Assembly (NCBI GenBank): GCA_963785725.1
Contig: CAWAWS010000002.1
Location: forward strand, 160,001 to 224,000
Reading direction: 5' to 3'
Length of the DNA: 64,000 bases
From: an uncultured delta proteobacterium
GTDB taxonomy: Bacteria; Myxococcota_A; Polyangia; Palsa-1104
Part shown: in pieces, positions 1-10,557 of the stretch
How the letters are laid out: each line of letters starts with the position of its first letter
Position numbering within the stretch: the first letter of the stretch is position 1
Position numbers and translations under genes: made by a program
Notes under the pieces: model-generated
Told to the model about the DNA's origin: nothing
The model's database searches: none
What the model saw: the letters and a program-made list of their open reading frames with translations, nothing else

Positions 1-1817
1 CGACGGCGTCGAGCTTGCGCCAAGGCATCTTCACCAACGTCAACGGCCTGTCGCTCTTGTGGAACGCCACCAACGGCTCGGCCGGCGCGGCGCCGACGCT
101 GTACGGCAAGATCTTGAGCGCCAACGATCGCACGGCCAAGGCCAACGGCGCGCTCATCTTCGACTTCAACGGCGACGGCCTCACCAACGATCTCGACGCC
201 GCCTACGTCATGGAGTGGACGCGCGGGCTCGAGTATCCGCAGAACCCGCCCACCGGCTCGACGACGACGACGGAGCGCGCCTGGAAGCTGGGCGCCATCC
301 ACAACTCGTCGCCCGCGATCATCGGCACGCCCGGCCATCCGCCGTGGCTCGACGGCACCAACGCCGCGCTCGGCACGTTCAAGAACGCCTACAACGGCAC
401 GAGCTGGCTCGGCGACGTCAACGGCGTCATGAAGCGGCGCACGGTGGCGATCATCGGCGCCCAAGACGGCATGCTGCACGGCTTCGACGCCGGCAACTTC
501 CACAACTCCAACGAGCTCGTGTGCGCCACGCAGCAGACGCGGCTCGTGCGCGGCTGCTTCGCGCCCGACAACACCGGCGGCCCGCCCGACTACGGGACAG
601 GAAAAGAAATATTTGCTTACATTCCGCCGACGCTCATCAACGCCATGAAGAACAACGTCGGCCCCGTCTTCGGCAACCCGACCTATCCCGAGGCCGAGGT
701 GGACGGCTCGGTCGCCGTCGACGACGTCTATTACCAGCCGACGACGCCGGTCACCGGCAACCCGAAGAACACGTTCGTCACCGCCGCCTTCGCCAGCCTC
801 GGCCAGCAGTGGAACTACATCACCGCCATCGGCTGGACGACGATGAATTACAGCGGCACGACGCCGGTCTCGACCTTGCCCTTCCCGCTGTGGACCAACG
901 ATTGGACCGATCCCGACTATCGCGGCAGCGGCATGTCGCCCGCGACCGGCGTGGCCACGACGCCGAACGGCACGCGCTGGATCGTCATGACCAACTCCGG
1001 CCTCGCGCAGGCGGCGACCGAGGGCACCATCGACGAATATGCCTTCGTCATCGACGCCTCCAACGGCACGACGATCACCAACGGCAAGATCGCGCTCGAC
1101 GTCGCCAACCCGCCCTTGGCCTACGGCTTCGCCAGCTCCCCCAACCTCGTCGACTCGGACGGCGACGGCATCAACGACCGCGCCTACATGGTCGACACGT
1201 CGGGCCGCATCTTCCGCGTCAACTTGGGCAACCTGACCAAGTGCCAGATCGGCTCCACCGGTGAGCCGGTCTTCAGCGGCATGGCCATCAACGTCCTCAG
1301 CCCCAGCAAGGTGCAGCTGTTCCTCGGCGGCGGCGCCAACCCCGACGGCTCGAACCTGCCGGCCACGCCGTCGACGCTGCACATCTTCGCGCTCGAAGAC
1401 GACGATCCGGCGAGCGGCGCCACCTGCACGGCGGCGACGGTCGTCTACAAATACGCGACGCCGGGCAATCAGAGCACCTGGGCCACGCCGTTCGTCGCCG
1501 GCACCAGCGTCTACGTCGCGACGTCGAGCTCGACCGAAGAGGGCGTCTGCGCGACCGGCGCGGGCCAGCTCATCGGCCTCAGCACCACCGGCAACAACGC
1601 CACGACCAACCCGCAGCCGTCGTCGGTGACGACGCCGGTCCCCTTGAACAACGCGGCGGCGTCGTCGATCAGCGTCTACGACGGCCACGTCTTCCTCAAC
1701 GGCATCGCGCAGGAGACGGCCGTCATCGGCGCCTCCAACAGCTGGAACAACCTCCCGAGCGGCGCCGGCACCGGCAGCGGCGTCACGCTCGGCACGCTCC
1801 ACTGGACGGAGCAATGA
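1..1817 (+). CDS. pilY1: PilY1/PilC-like type IV pilus tip adhesin, beta-propeller region (5' truncated by window edge)
   Basis: Frame open from the window start. Contains WKLGAIHNSSP, GAQDGMLHGFDA and GKEIFAYIP (typical PilY1 segments) and the Ca-binding loop DSDGDGINDRAY. Followed by three prepilin genes. Confidence 0.85.
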   Translation, partial: TASSLRQGIFTNVNGLSLLWNATNGSAGAAPTLYGKILSANDRTAKANGALIFDFNGDGLTNDLDAAYVMEWTRGLEYPQNPPTGSTTTTERAWKLGAIHNSSPAIIGTPGHPPWLDGTNAALGTFKNAYNGTSWLGDVNGVMKRRTVAIIGAQDGMLHGFDAGNFHNSNELVCATQQTRLVRGCFAPDNTGGPPDYGTGKEIFAYIPPTLINAMKNNVGPVFGNPTYPEAEVDGSVAVDDVYYQPTTPVTGNPKNTFVTAAFASLGQQWNYITAIGWTTMNYSGTTPVSTLPFPLWTNDWTDPDYRGSGMSPATGVATTPNGTRWIVMTNSGLAQAATEGTIDEYAFVIDASNGTTITNGKIALDVANPPLAYGFASSPNLVDSDGDGINDRAYMVDTSGRIFRVNLGNLTKCQIGSTGEPVFSGMAINVLSPSKVQLFLGGGANPDGSNLPATPSTLHIFALEDDDPASGATCTAATVVYKYATPGNQSTWATPFVAGTSVYVATSSSTEEGVCATGAGQLIGLSTTGNNATTNPQPSSVTTPVPLNNAAASSISVYDGHVFLNGIAQETAVIGASNSWNNLPSGAGTGSGVTLGTLHWTEQ

Positions 1818-2389
1818 TGCGCCGACGCCTTCGATCGCGCAGCCGCGGCACGACGCTCATCGAGATCCTCATCTCGCTCGGCGTCGTGCTCGTGGGCATG
1901 CTGGCGCTGTTTCGCACGCTCGGCACCGCGGTGACCGGCTCGATGACGGCGTCGCGCTTCAGCCAGGCGCAGCAGCGCGCCGTGCTCGTCATGGAGTCGA
2001 TTCGCAGCGCGCCCAAGCTGGCGATGACCTGCCTGCTCGGACAGCCGGACTCGTCGGGCTGGGTCAGCTGCGAGACGATCTGCAAGTCCACCAACACGAC
2101 CATCAAGCCGGACGCCTGCATGTACGTGACGCTGGCGCCGACACCGACGGCAGCGATGCAGCTATCGGACACGCAAGATGCCAACGGGCAGAACTACTTC
2201 GTGGTGCCGCAGCCCGGCTCGACGACGAGCACCTCGAAGCCGAAATCGATCGTCAAAGCCGCGGGCACCGACGGCTCGGTGTCCGAGATCCAAGTCGTCG
2301 TCGGCTGGCGCGACGACAACACGACGACCGGCGATCCCGATCACTCGATCGTGCTGCGCTCGGGCGTCTACGTTCCGGCGGGTCCATGA
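1814..2389 (+). CDS. pilV: Type IV minor pilin, PilV-like
   Basis: Basic leader, class III signal G|TTLIE plus hydrophobic helix; C-terminal IQVVVGW strand; ATGA overlap with pilY1. Confidence 0.75.
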   Translation: MMRRRLRSRSRGTTLIEILISLGVVLVGMLALFRTLGTAVTGSMTASRFSQAQQRAVLVMESIRSAPKLAMTCLLGQPDSSGWVSCETICKSTNTTIKPDACMYVTLAPTPTAAMQLSDTQDANGQNYFVVPQPGSTTSTSKPKSIVKAAGTDGSVSEIQVVVGWRDDNTTTGDPDHSIVLRSGVYVPAGP

Positions 2390-3600
2390 GACGGCGCGCG
2401 TTTGGCTTCACCCTCATCGAGCTCATGATCGCCATGGCGCTGGCCGGCCTCGTCGTCGCCGGCGCGCTGCAGCTGCACGCCTCGTTCGGCAAACAGACCG
2501 AGCGGCAGAGCGAAGTGGCCGAGATGCAGCAGAACTTGCGCGTGTCGATGCTCATCCTCGAGCGCGCCATTCGCAACGCCGGCTACGGCATTCCCGGCGG
2601 CATGCTGCCCGAGTCGTCGAGCAATCCGCCCAGCTGCAACAACAACGTCAAGCGCTTCCACTACGGCTTCGAGTGGTCGAACAGCAACACGTTCACCGAC
2701 CCGATGACCGTCGTGACCTGGGCCGCGAAGCCGGCGACCGCCACCGACGTCGATCCCGACTACTTCTGGGTCATGTATGCGGATGCGACGACGTCACCAA
2801 CGACGACGCCGATCTACGCCGCGGACGACAACCTCGCGGGCCTCACCACGATGACGACGGCGACGACGACGGCGCAGATGACCAACTTCGGCGTCCACGA
2901 CCTCTTCGTCATCCAGTTTCCGACGAACTCGACCTGCCCGAGCGGCCTCTGCTCGCTGCTCACGTTGCCTGTGGAGTCGACCGGCGATCTCAGTGACAGC
3001 AGCTCGCACTGCATCCGCGAGATCACCGCCGTCTCATCCGGCGGCACGGTCAAAACGCTGACGCATAACTTGTCGAGCGCCTCTTACTGCTTCAACGCGC
3101 CGGTCAGTAGCGATCCGTGCGCGGCGGGCATCCACTCCTTGGCGCCCGTCACGCTGCGCCATCTCGAGCCCGCCGTCACCGCTTATCGCGTCATGACCAC
3201 GAGCGACGCCAACAACAACTTCACCGGCGCCACGCCCAAGCTCACCTATCGCTACGCGCCGATGAACACCGGTTACAACGCCAACTGGAACGTCATCGCC
3301 GAGAACATCGACGACATGCAGATCGCCGTCATCACCAAAGCCGGCCTCGTCTGCAACCAAGCGAACGACCCGTCGTACAACCCGATCGACGCCAACAGCT
3401 GCGACATCACGACCGCTCAGGCCGTGCGCATCACGCTCGTGGCGCGCTCGTCGTCGAAGGCGGAGGGCGTCACCGTCGACACGACGCCGCTCGTCGAAGA
3501 TCGCGTGTCCGCCAACGACCCGACGGTCGTCGGCTACTTGCACCGCTCGCTGACGGCGGAGATCGAGCTGCGTAACATGGGAACGGACGCGACCCAATGA
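2386..3600 (+). CDS. pilW: Type IV minor pilin, PilW-like
   Basis: G|FTLIELMIAM prepilin motif, MQQNLR...IRNAGYG, IAENIDDMQI, AVRITLVARS and C-terminal IELRN. Confidence 0.85.
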   Translation: MRRRAFGFTLIELMIAMALAGLVVAGALQLHASFGKQTERQSEVAEMQQNLRVSMLILERAIRNAGYGIPGGMLPESSSNPPSCNNNVKRFHYGFEWSNSNTFTDPMTVVTWAAKPATATDVDPDYFWVMYADATTSPTTTPIYAADDNLAGLTTMTTATTTAQMTNFGVHDLFVIQFPTNSTCPSGLCSLLTLPVESTGDLSDSSSHCIREITAVSSGGTVKTLTHNLSSASYCFNAPVSSDPCAAGIHSLAPVTLRHLEPAVTAYRVMTTSDANNNFTGATPKLTYRYAPMNTGYNANWNVIAENIDDMQIAVITKAGLVCNQANDPSYNPIDANSCDITTAQAVRITLVARSSSKAEGVTVDTTPLVEDRVSANDPTVVGYLHRSLTAEIELRNMGTDATQ

Positions 3601-4256
3601 CCCGACGATCGCGCGCTTTCACCCTGGTCGAGCTGATGGTCGTCGTGGCGCTCATCGGCGTCATCGCCGCCATCGCCGTCGTCTCCATGCGCCGCACGCG
3701 CACCACCAGCGACTCCGACGCCTGGGCCAACACGCTGCGCAACATGGTCGCGCAAGCCCGCGCCCGCGCCATCTCGACCAAGCAGGTCTACATGATCGAC
3801 TTGCGCGCAACGCCGAAGGCCACGGCGCAGTGGTGCCAGGTCACGCAGGACGCGTCGACGACGTGCAGCCTGGTCCTGCCGAGCGGCTGCCCATCGCCGC
3901 CGACGACCTGTCCCAACGCGGCGACCGGCGCCGAGAACGGCGACATCGTCTACGCGCCCGCCGACGCCACCACCGACTCGACGTACAACGCGCCCGACAT
4001 CTGGCAGCCCGGCCAAACCTACGCCACCGTCTCGCATCCGACGACGACCGTGCCCGACCAGATCTACTTCGGCCCCACCGGAACCGTCGACGCGACTTAC
4101 CTCAACGTTTCCAGCCTTTCGGGCTTGGGCTTCACGATCTACGTCCGCGCCACCAACAACGTAGTCGGCACGACGACGACGCAGAATCAGATGCGGCGCC
4201 GGGTCGTCGTCTATGGACCGAGCGGTCGCGGCCGCATCATCGACAACTGGCAGTAA
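3597..4256 (+). CDS. fimU: Type IV minor pilin, FimT/FimU/GspH-like
   Basis: A|FTLVELMVVVALIG prepilin motif, AQARARAI helix, IYFGPTG and C-terminal VVVYGPSGR. Confidence 0.75.
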   Translation: MTRRSRAFTLVELMVVVALIGVIAAIAVVSMRRTRTTSDSDAWANTLRNMVAQARARAISTKQVYMIDLRATPKATAQWCQVTQDASTTCSLVLPSGCPSPPTTCPNAATGAENGDIVYAPADATTDSTYNAPDIWQPGQTYATVSHPTTTVPDQIYFGPTGTVDATYLNVSSLSGLGFTIYVRATNNVVGTTTTQNQMRRRVVVYGPSGRGRIIDNWQ

Positions 4257-4398
4257 ACCAACTCTCCCCGCTCCGCAAAAAATCCGAATGCGAGCCCGGC
4301 GACCACGCGCGTGGGCGCCCCGAGGCTGACGCGGGTTTTCGCGCTGATTTCGCACGCATTCGACCCCGTCGCCGACCGTGACCCGAGCAACAAATGAG

Positions 4399-4427
4399 TT
4401 GACAGAAACCAGTAAAAATTTATAGAT
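4399..4427 (+). promoter_or_regulatory. Putative sigma70 promoter of the act-cox operon
   Basis: TTGACA (4399-4404), 16-nt AT-rich spacer, TATAGA(T); 22 nt upstream of ATG 4450. Confidence 0.6.
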
Positions 4428-4449
4428 GCGACGCAAAACGCGCCACGTC

Positions 4450-5130
4450 ATGAGACCACTCTTCCCACCTTGGTCGAACACAGTTATCCGAGTCGTGCTC
4501 GCGCTATTGGCTGGCGGCGCTGGCGGTGGCATCTTGCTACTGCTGCTCTACAAGCGCACACCGCTGTCCACTTCGCAGAACGAACCGGTCACCCAGCCCA
4601 TCGAGTTTGATCATCGCCACCATGTGGCAGATGACGGCATCGACTGCCGTTACTGCCACAACACGGTGGAGACGTCATCCTCGGCCGGGTACCCCGCCAC
4701 GAGCGTGTGCATGAACTGTCATGCACAGATCTGGAACCAGAGTCCGTATTTGGACTTTGTGCGCCAGAGCTACTTCTCGGGCAAGCCAATCGAGTGGAAG
4801 AAGGTCCACCGATTGCCGGACTTCGTCTACTTCAACCATTCGATCCATGTCGCCAAGGGCGTCGGCTGCGTCACTTGCCACGGCCGCGTCGACGAGATGG
4901 CCGAGATCCGCCAGGGTCCGAACCTCGAGATGAGCTGGTGCCTCGACTGCCATCGCGATCCGAAGCCGAACATTCGCCCGCATCAGTACATCACGGCGAT
5001 GGTCGAGCACGCGCCCGGTCAGGGAACGATCGACGCCAAGTCGAACGAGTCCGGGCTCGGCGCGGCGCAGGATCCGACGACGATGAGCGACGTCCACTCC
5101 CGCACGAGCTGCACCACGTGCCACCGATGA
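4450..5130 (+). CDS. actA: Alternative complex III pentaheme cytochrome c subunit
   Basis: N-terminal TM helix; five CXXCH motifs (CRYCH, CMNCH, CVTCH, CLDCH, CTTCH); QPIEFDHRHH and LPDFVYFNHSIH. Alternative start at 4426. Confidence 0.92.
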   Translation: MRPLFPPWSNTVIRVVLALLAGGAGGGILLLLLYKRTPLSTSQNEPVTQPIEFDHRHHVADDGIDCRYCHNTVETSSSAGYPATSVCMNCHAQIWNQSPYLDFVRQSYFSGKPIEWKKVHRLPDFVYFNHSIHVAKGVGCVTCHGRVDEMAEIRQGPNLEMSWCLDCHRDPKPNIRPHQYITAMVEHAPGQGTIDAKSNESGLGAAQDPTTMSDVHSRTSCTTCHR

Positions 5131-5139
5131 GCGAGCGCC

Positions 5140-8045
5140 ATGAGTAAACGAGTCCCCACGCCGCCCGTCGAGTCGCCCCTGTGGCGCACGACGGCCGAGC
5201 GCGACAATCACGAGGCCGCGCAGCGCGCCGTCGCCGAGGAATTTCCGGCGGGCGCCAGCGAGCTCGAAGGTAGCTCGCGTCGCGAGTTCATGCAGCTCGT
5301 CGGCGGCTCGCTGGCTTTGGCCGGCGTCGCCGGCACGATGGCCGGCTGCAAAGATCCGCCCGAGAAGATCCTGCCCTACAACCTCAAGCCCGAAGACATC
5401 ACGCCGGGCAAGCCGCTGCACTACGCGACGGCGCTCACGCATGCCGGTTACGCCACGGGCGTCCTCGTCACGGCGTGGGAAGGTCGGCCGACCAAGGTCG
5501 AGGGCAATCCCGAGCATCCGGTCTCGCGCGGCACGACCTCGACGCACGACCAGGCCGAGATCATGTCGCTGTACGACACCAACCGTGCCCGCTCGTTCAA
5601 GCAGAACGGCATGGGCGCGACGTGGATCGGCTTCGCGAAGACGGTCGAAGAGCACCTGAAGGCGCCGACTGTCGACGGTGGCGCCAAGCTGGCGTTCCTC
5701 GTCGAGCCGAGCGGCTCGCCGCTGCTCGCCTCGCTGCAGAAGAAGATCGCGACGGCGCTGCCGAAGGCGCGCTGGTTCGGTCACGCCGCGTTGACGATGA
5801 ACGACGCCTACGAAGGCGCGCGCATCGCGTTCGGCAAGCCGCTCGAGACGCAGCTCGACCTCTCGAAAACGCGCACCGTGGTCTCGCTCGACGCGGACTT
5901 CTTGGGCGCGTGGCCTTGGTACATTCAGCAGCAGCGTCAATGGGCCGCCTCGCGTAAGCCGGGCGGCAACATGAGCCGGCTCTACGTCGCCGAGGCGGCG
6001 CTGAGCTGCACGGGCGTCATGGCCGACCATCGCCTGCGCTCGCGCTCGGTCGACATCGCGACGGTTGCCCGCGCACTGCATCAAGCGGTGACGGGTGGCG
6101 CGAGCGATGCCGGCAACGCCAAGGCGACGGCGTGGGTCAAGACGGCGGCCAAGGATCTGCTCGCCGCCGGCAACGACGCCGTCGTCGTCGTCGGTCCGCG
6201 CCAGCCGGCCGTCGTGCACGCGCTCGGTCACGCCATCAACGCCGCGCTCAAGTCGACGGCCGTGCGCTACTCGGCGCCGGTGCTGCCGACCTACGAGCCG
6301 CTGTCGGCGCTGGTCGAGGCCGCCAAGGCGGGCAACGTCGACACGCTCGTCATCACGGCGTGGAACCCGGTCTACACCGCGCCGGCTGACATCGACCTCG
6401 CCAAGACGCTCAAGCAGATCCAGAACACGATCTATCTCGCGCCTTACGACGACGAGACGGCGCAGCGGGCGAGCTGGGTCATTCCGCGCGCCCACGAGCT
6501 CGAGACCTGGGGCGATGCCCGCGCGGTCGACGGCACGGTCACGATTCAGCAGCCGCTCATCCAGCCGCTCTACGACGGCAAGAGCGTCGCCGAGCTGTGG
6601 TCGACGTTCCTCGGTCTGGGCGGCGCCGGCGGCTATCGCTTGCTGCGCGACAGCTACGCGGCCGACGAGCTCAGCTTCCAGCGCCAGCTGCAGAAGGGCG
6701 TCGTCGACGGACGCCGCGGCGGCCGAGACCGGCGCGCTCGACGGCAACGCCGTCGTCGCCGCGGCCGGCAAGATCGCGGCGGCGAGCGGCCTCGAGCTCA
6801 ACCTCGTCCTCGACTACAAAGTCTTCGACGGTCGCTACGGCAACAACGTCTGGATGCAGGAGCTGCCGGATCCGGTCACCAAGCTGACCTGGGACAACGC
6901 GCTTCTGCTCTCGCCCGCGACGGTGAAGAAGCTGGGCCTCGGGCTCAACGCCTTCGCCGACGTCAAAGTGGGCGGCAAGACGATCACGCTCAACGTCCTG
7001 CCCGCGGTCGGTCACGCCGACGACAGCGCCACCATCGCCCTCGGCTACGGCCGCGGCGACGTCGCGGAAGAGAACGCCCGCTCCGTCGGCGCCGACGCGT
7101 ACCAGCTGCGCCAGGGCAACAGCTGGTTCGCCACCGGCGTCACCATCAGCGACAGCGGCAACAAAGCGCCGCACAAGCTGGCGTTGACGCAGGAGCATTG
7201 GAACCAGGAAGGCCGCCCGATCGCGCTCGAGGTCACCAACCGCGCGTTCGTCTCCAAGAAGCTGCCCATCGTCGAGGAGCAGGCCAAGCCGGTCGACTCC
7301 ATGTACGAGCCCCACAAGTACGAGGGCTTCAAGTGGGCGATGGCGATCGACCTCAACAAGTGCACGGGCTGCTCGGCCTGCGTCGTCGCTTGCCAGGCGG
7401 AGAACAACATCCCCGTCGTCGGTCGCGACCAGGTCGCTCGCTCGCGTGAGATGCACTGGATTCGCCTCGATCTCTACTTCAGCGGCGACGAGAACGACCC
7501 GACGTCCGTGCAGCCGCAGCCGATGTTGTGCGTGCACTGCGAGAAGGCTCCGTGCGAGTACGTCTGCCCGGTCAACGCGACGGTGCACTCGGACGAAGGC
7601 CTCAACGAGATGGTCTACAACCGCTGCATCGGCACGCGTTACTGCTCGAACAACTGCCCGTACAAGGTGCGTCGGTTCAACTTCCTCGACTACCACCCCG
7701 ACGTGCAGCCGGTCGCGCGCATGGCGATGAACCCCGACGTCACGGTCCGTAGCCGCGGTGTCATGGAGAAGTGCACCTACTGCGTGCAGCGCATCGAGCG
7801 CGTGCGCATCGAGGCGCGCGTCGCCGGCAAGCCCATCGCCGACGGCGACATCGTCACCGCCTGCCAGCAGGTGTGCCCGTCGCAGGCCATCAGCTTCGGC
7901 TCGTTGCACGACAAAGAAGCCGACTGTCTCGAAGCTGCACGAAGACCCGCGCTCCTACAACGTGCTGCACGATCTCGGCACTCGCCCGCGCACCGCTCAC
8001 ATGGCGCGCGTCAAGAACCAGAATCCGGAGCTGACCAATGGCTGA
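5140..8045 (+). CDS. actB: Alternative complex III subunit B (TAT-exported molybdopterin-oxidoreductase-like domain fused to Fe-S domain); two apparent frameshifts near 6710 and 7921
   Basis: Twin-Arg SRREFMQL, EGRPTKVEGNPEHP, Fe-S motifs CTGCSACVVAC, CVHCEKAPCEYVCP, CIGTRYCSNNCP, CTYC..CQQVCP. Coding sense passes through ORFs 5140, 6095 and 7758. Confidence 0.9.
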
Positions 8046-9426
8046 GCCGGCACGCACGCTGCCCGCGGCGCTCATCCCCGAAGCGCTGATCGACGCCAAC
8101 GAAGAGCAGCAGTCCGATCTCGCGCTCACCGACAGCCTCTTCGCGCCGGTCTGGAAGCCGACGCTGAAGGGCTGGTGGATGCTGTTTCTCCCCTGCCTCG
8201 CCGGCGCCGGAATGCTGTTCTCGGCGATCGCCTACACGATCTGGAAGGGCATCGGCGTCTGGGGTAACAACATCCCGATCGCCTGGGCCTTCGGCATCAT
8301 CAACTTCGTCTGGTGGATCGGTATCGGTCACGCCGGCACGCTGATCTCGGCCATCTTGCTGCTCTTCCAGCAGAAGTGGCGCACGTCGATCAACCGCTTC
8401 TCCGAGGCCATGACGCTGTTCGCCGTCATGTGCGCCGGCTTGTACCCGGTCATCCACACCGGCCGTCCCTGGTTCGCGCTCTACTGGCTGTTCCCGTACC
8501 CGTCGACGCTCGGCATCTGGCCGCAGTTCCGCTCGCCGCTCATGTGGGACGTCTTCGCCGTCTCGACGTACCTCACGACGTCGCTCTTGTTCTGGTACCT
8601 CGGCCTCTTGCCCGACTTGGCGTCGCTGCGTGACCGCTCGACGAGCAAGACGGCGCAGCGCGTGTACGGCATCTTCTCGCTCGGCTGGCGCGGCGCCGGT
8701 CGCCACTGGCGCGACTACCAGTCGGCGTACGGCCTCTTGGCCGGCTTGGCGACGCCGCTCGTGCTCTCGGTCCACACGATCGTCTCCTTCGACTTCGCGG
8801 TGTCGCAGCTGCCCGGCTGGCACACGACGGTCTTCCCGCCCTACTTCGTCGCCGGCGCCGTGTTCTCCGGCTTCGCGATGGTCGTGACGCTGATCGTGCC
8901 CGCCCGTAAGTTCCTCGGCTTCGCGCACGTGGTCACGATGCGCCACCTCGAAGCGATGAACAAAGTCATCCTGGCGACGGGCTGGATCGTCGCCTACGGC
9001 TACTCGGTCGAGATCTTCAACGACTGGTACTCGGGCTCGGTCTACGAAGTCGGCCATCTCGGTCAGAAGATGACGGGCCCGTTCGCCTTCTTCTTCTGGT
9101 TCCAGATGTTCTGCAACGTGCTCGTACCGCAGATCTTCTGGTTCCGCTCGATGCGCCGCTCGCTCATCGTCATGTGGATCGCGGCCATCTTCGTCAACAT
9201 CGGCATGTGGCTCGAGCGCTTCAACATCATCGTCATCTCGCTGCACCGCGACTTCATCCCGGGCAGCTGGTCGATGTACGCGCCGACGGCCATCGATATC
9301 TCGCTGTTCGTCGGTACGCTCTGCTTCTTTGGCACGCTGTTCTTGCTGTTCCTGCGCTTCATCCCGTCGATTGCGGCGAGCGAAGTGAAGGAGCTGGCGC
9401 ACGAGATGAGGCATAAACATGGCTGA
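8038..9426 (+). CDS. actC: Alternative complex III NrfD/PsrC-like quinol-oxidising membrane subunit
   Basis: Polytopic; WWIGIGHAGTLISA, FRSPLMWD, PLVLSVH, GMWLERF. Confidence 0.95.
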   Translation: MAEPARTLPAALIPEALIDANEEQQSDLALTDSLFAPVWKPTLKGWWMLFLPCLAGAGMLFSAIAYTIWKGIGVWGNNIPIAWAFGIINFVWWIGIGHAGTLISAILLLFQQKWRTSINRFSEAMTLFAVMCAGLYPVIHTGRPWFALYWLFPYPSTLGIWPQFRSPLMWDVFAVSTYLTTSLLFWYLGLLPDLASLRDRSTSKTAQRVYGIFSLGWRGAGRHWRDYQSAYGLLAGLATPLVLSVHTIVSFDFAVSQLPGWHTTVFPPYFVAGAVFSGFAMVVTLIVPARKFLGFAHVVTMRHLEAMNKVILATGWIVAYGYSVEIFNDWYSGSVYEVGHLGQKMTGPFAFFFWFQMFCNVLVPQIFWFRSMRRSLIVMWIAAIFVNIGMWLERFNIIVISLHRDFIPGSWSMYAPTAIDISLFVGTLCFFGTLFLLFLRFIPSIAASEVKELAHEMRHKHG

Positions 9427-9958
9427 TCCGCGCCAATTCGTCCTTGCCGGATTCGTCGAGCCGGACAACCTCTTGGTCGCCGCCAAGCGCATGCGCGAGA
9501 CGGCCAAAGGCGAAGTCGAGACCTACACGCCGTATCCGGTTCACGGCGTCGACGAGGCGCTCGGGCTGAAGAAGTCGATCATCCCGAAGATCGTCGGCAC
9601 CGGCGGCCTGTGCGGCGTCATCGGCGGCTACTCGCTGCTCTACTGGTGCTCGGCGATCGCCTACCCGATCAACGTCGGCGGTCGTCCGCTGCATTCGGCG
9701 CCGGCCTTCATCCCGATCACGTTCGAGTGCGGCATTCTGCTCTCGGTCTTGGCGGCGTTCTTCGGCGTCCTGACGTACATGGGCTATCCCAAGCTCTACC
9801 ACCCGGTCTTCGAGTCGGCGGGCTTCCGTCGCGCTTCGATCGACCGCTTCTGGCTCTCGGTGCAGCTCGTCGGCGGCGATGATCGCAACGCCATCGAGAA
9901 CGAGCTCAAGTCGCTCGGCGCCGAAGAGACCGACTTCGTCACGGAGCAGCTCCAGTGA
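9419..9958 (+). CDS. actD: Alternative complex III subunit D (DUF3341)
   Basis: YTPYPVHG, YPINVGGRP, AFIPITFE; two TM helices; position in the operon. Confidence 0.92.
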   Translation: MADPRQFVLAGFVEPDNLLVAAKRMRETAKGEVETYTPYPVHGVDEALGLKKSIIPKIVGTGGLCGVIGGYSLLYWCSAIAYPINVGGRPLHSAPAFIPITFECGILLSVLAAFFGVLTYMGYPKLYHPVFESAGFRRASIDRFWLSVQLVGGDDRNAIENELKSLGAEETDFVTEQLQ

Positions 9959-10557
9959 AGGTTGCCGGATATCTGCACGTCGGCACGATAGCGCTCGGCC
10001 TCGGTCTCGGCGGCTTCGGCTGCCACGAGAGCGACGTCGACCCGATGATGCGCCAAGAGAAGTACAAGCCCTACTGGTCGACGGAGTTCTACGCCGACGG
10101 TCGCGCGATGCGGCTGCCGCCCGAGCACACCGTGCCGGTCGAGCGCACCATCGACACGTCGGCGTCGCCGCCGGTGACGCAGGCGCTGCTCGAGCGCGGC
10201 CACGAGCGCTACGACATCCACTGCGCCGTTTGCCACGGCTACGCCGGCGACAGCGACAGCGTCGTCGCCAGCAAGATGTCGCTGCGCGCGCCGCCGACGT
10301 TCCACTCGGACAAGCTGCGCGCTTACACGCCGGCGCAGATCTTCGACGTCGCGACGCTCGGCTACGGCTACATGCCCACCTACGCTGCCGAAATCTCGGT
10401 CGCCGATCGTTGGGCGATCAGCCACTACGTCAAGGCGCTGCAGCTCAGCCAGCGCGCCACCGTCGACGACGTGCCGGCGGCCGAGCGCAGCTCGCTCGAC
10501 CATCCGGCGACGGCGCCGGCGGAATCAGAGCATTCGAATTCGGAGACGAAAGAATGA
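9955..10557 (+). CDS. actE: Alternative complex III monoheme cytochrome c lipoprotein
   Basis: Lipobox-like GGFGC; CAVCH; GYGYMP axial Met; DRWAISHYVKALQ. Confidence 0.9.
   Translation: MKVAGYLHVGTIALGLGLGGFGCHESDVDPMMRQEKYKPYWSTEFYADGRAMRLPPEHTVPVERTIDTSASPPVTQALLERGHERYDIHCAVCHGYAGDSDSVVASKMSLRAPPTFHSDKLRAYTPAQIFDVATLGYGYMPTYAAEISVADRWAISHYVKALQLSQRATVDDVPAAERSSLDHPATAPAESEHSNSETKE

Noticed and set aside
5140..8045. actB as a pseudogene or programmed frameshift
   Set aside because: All motifs are intact within a complete operon, no slippery heptamer was seen, and similar indels recur across the window; sequencing error is more likely.
9879..10553. Long N-terminal extensions on ActF, SCO, CzcB and ModA in the ORF track
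   Set aside because: They overlap upstream genes; coupled or signal-peptide-bearing downstream starts fit better.
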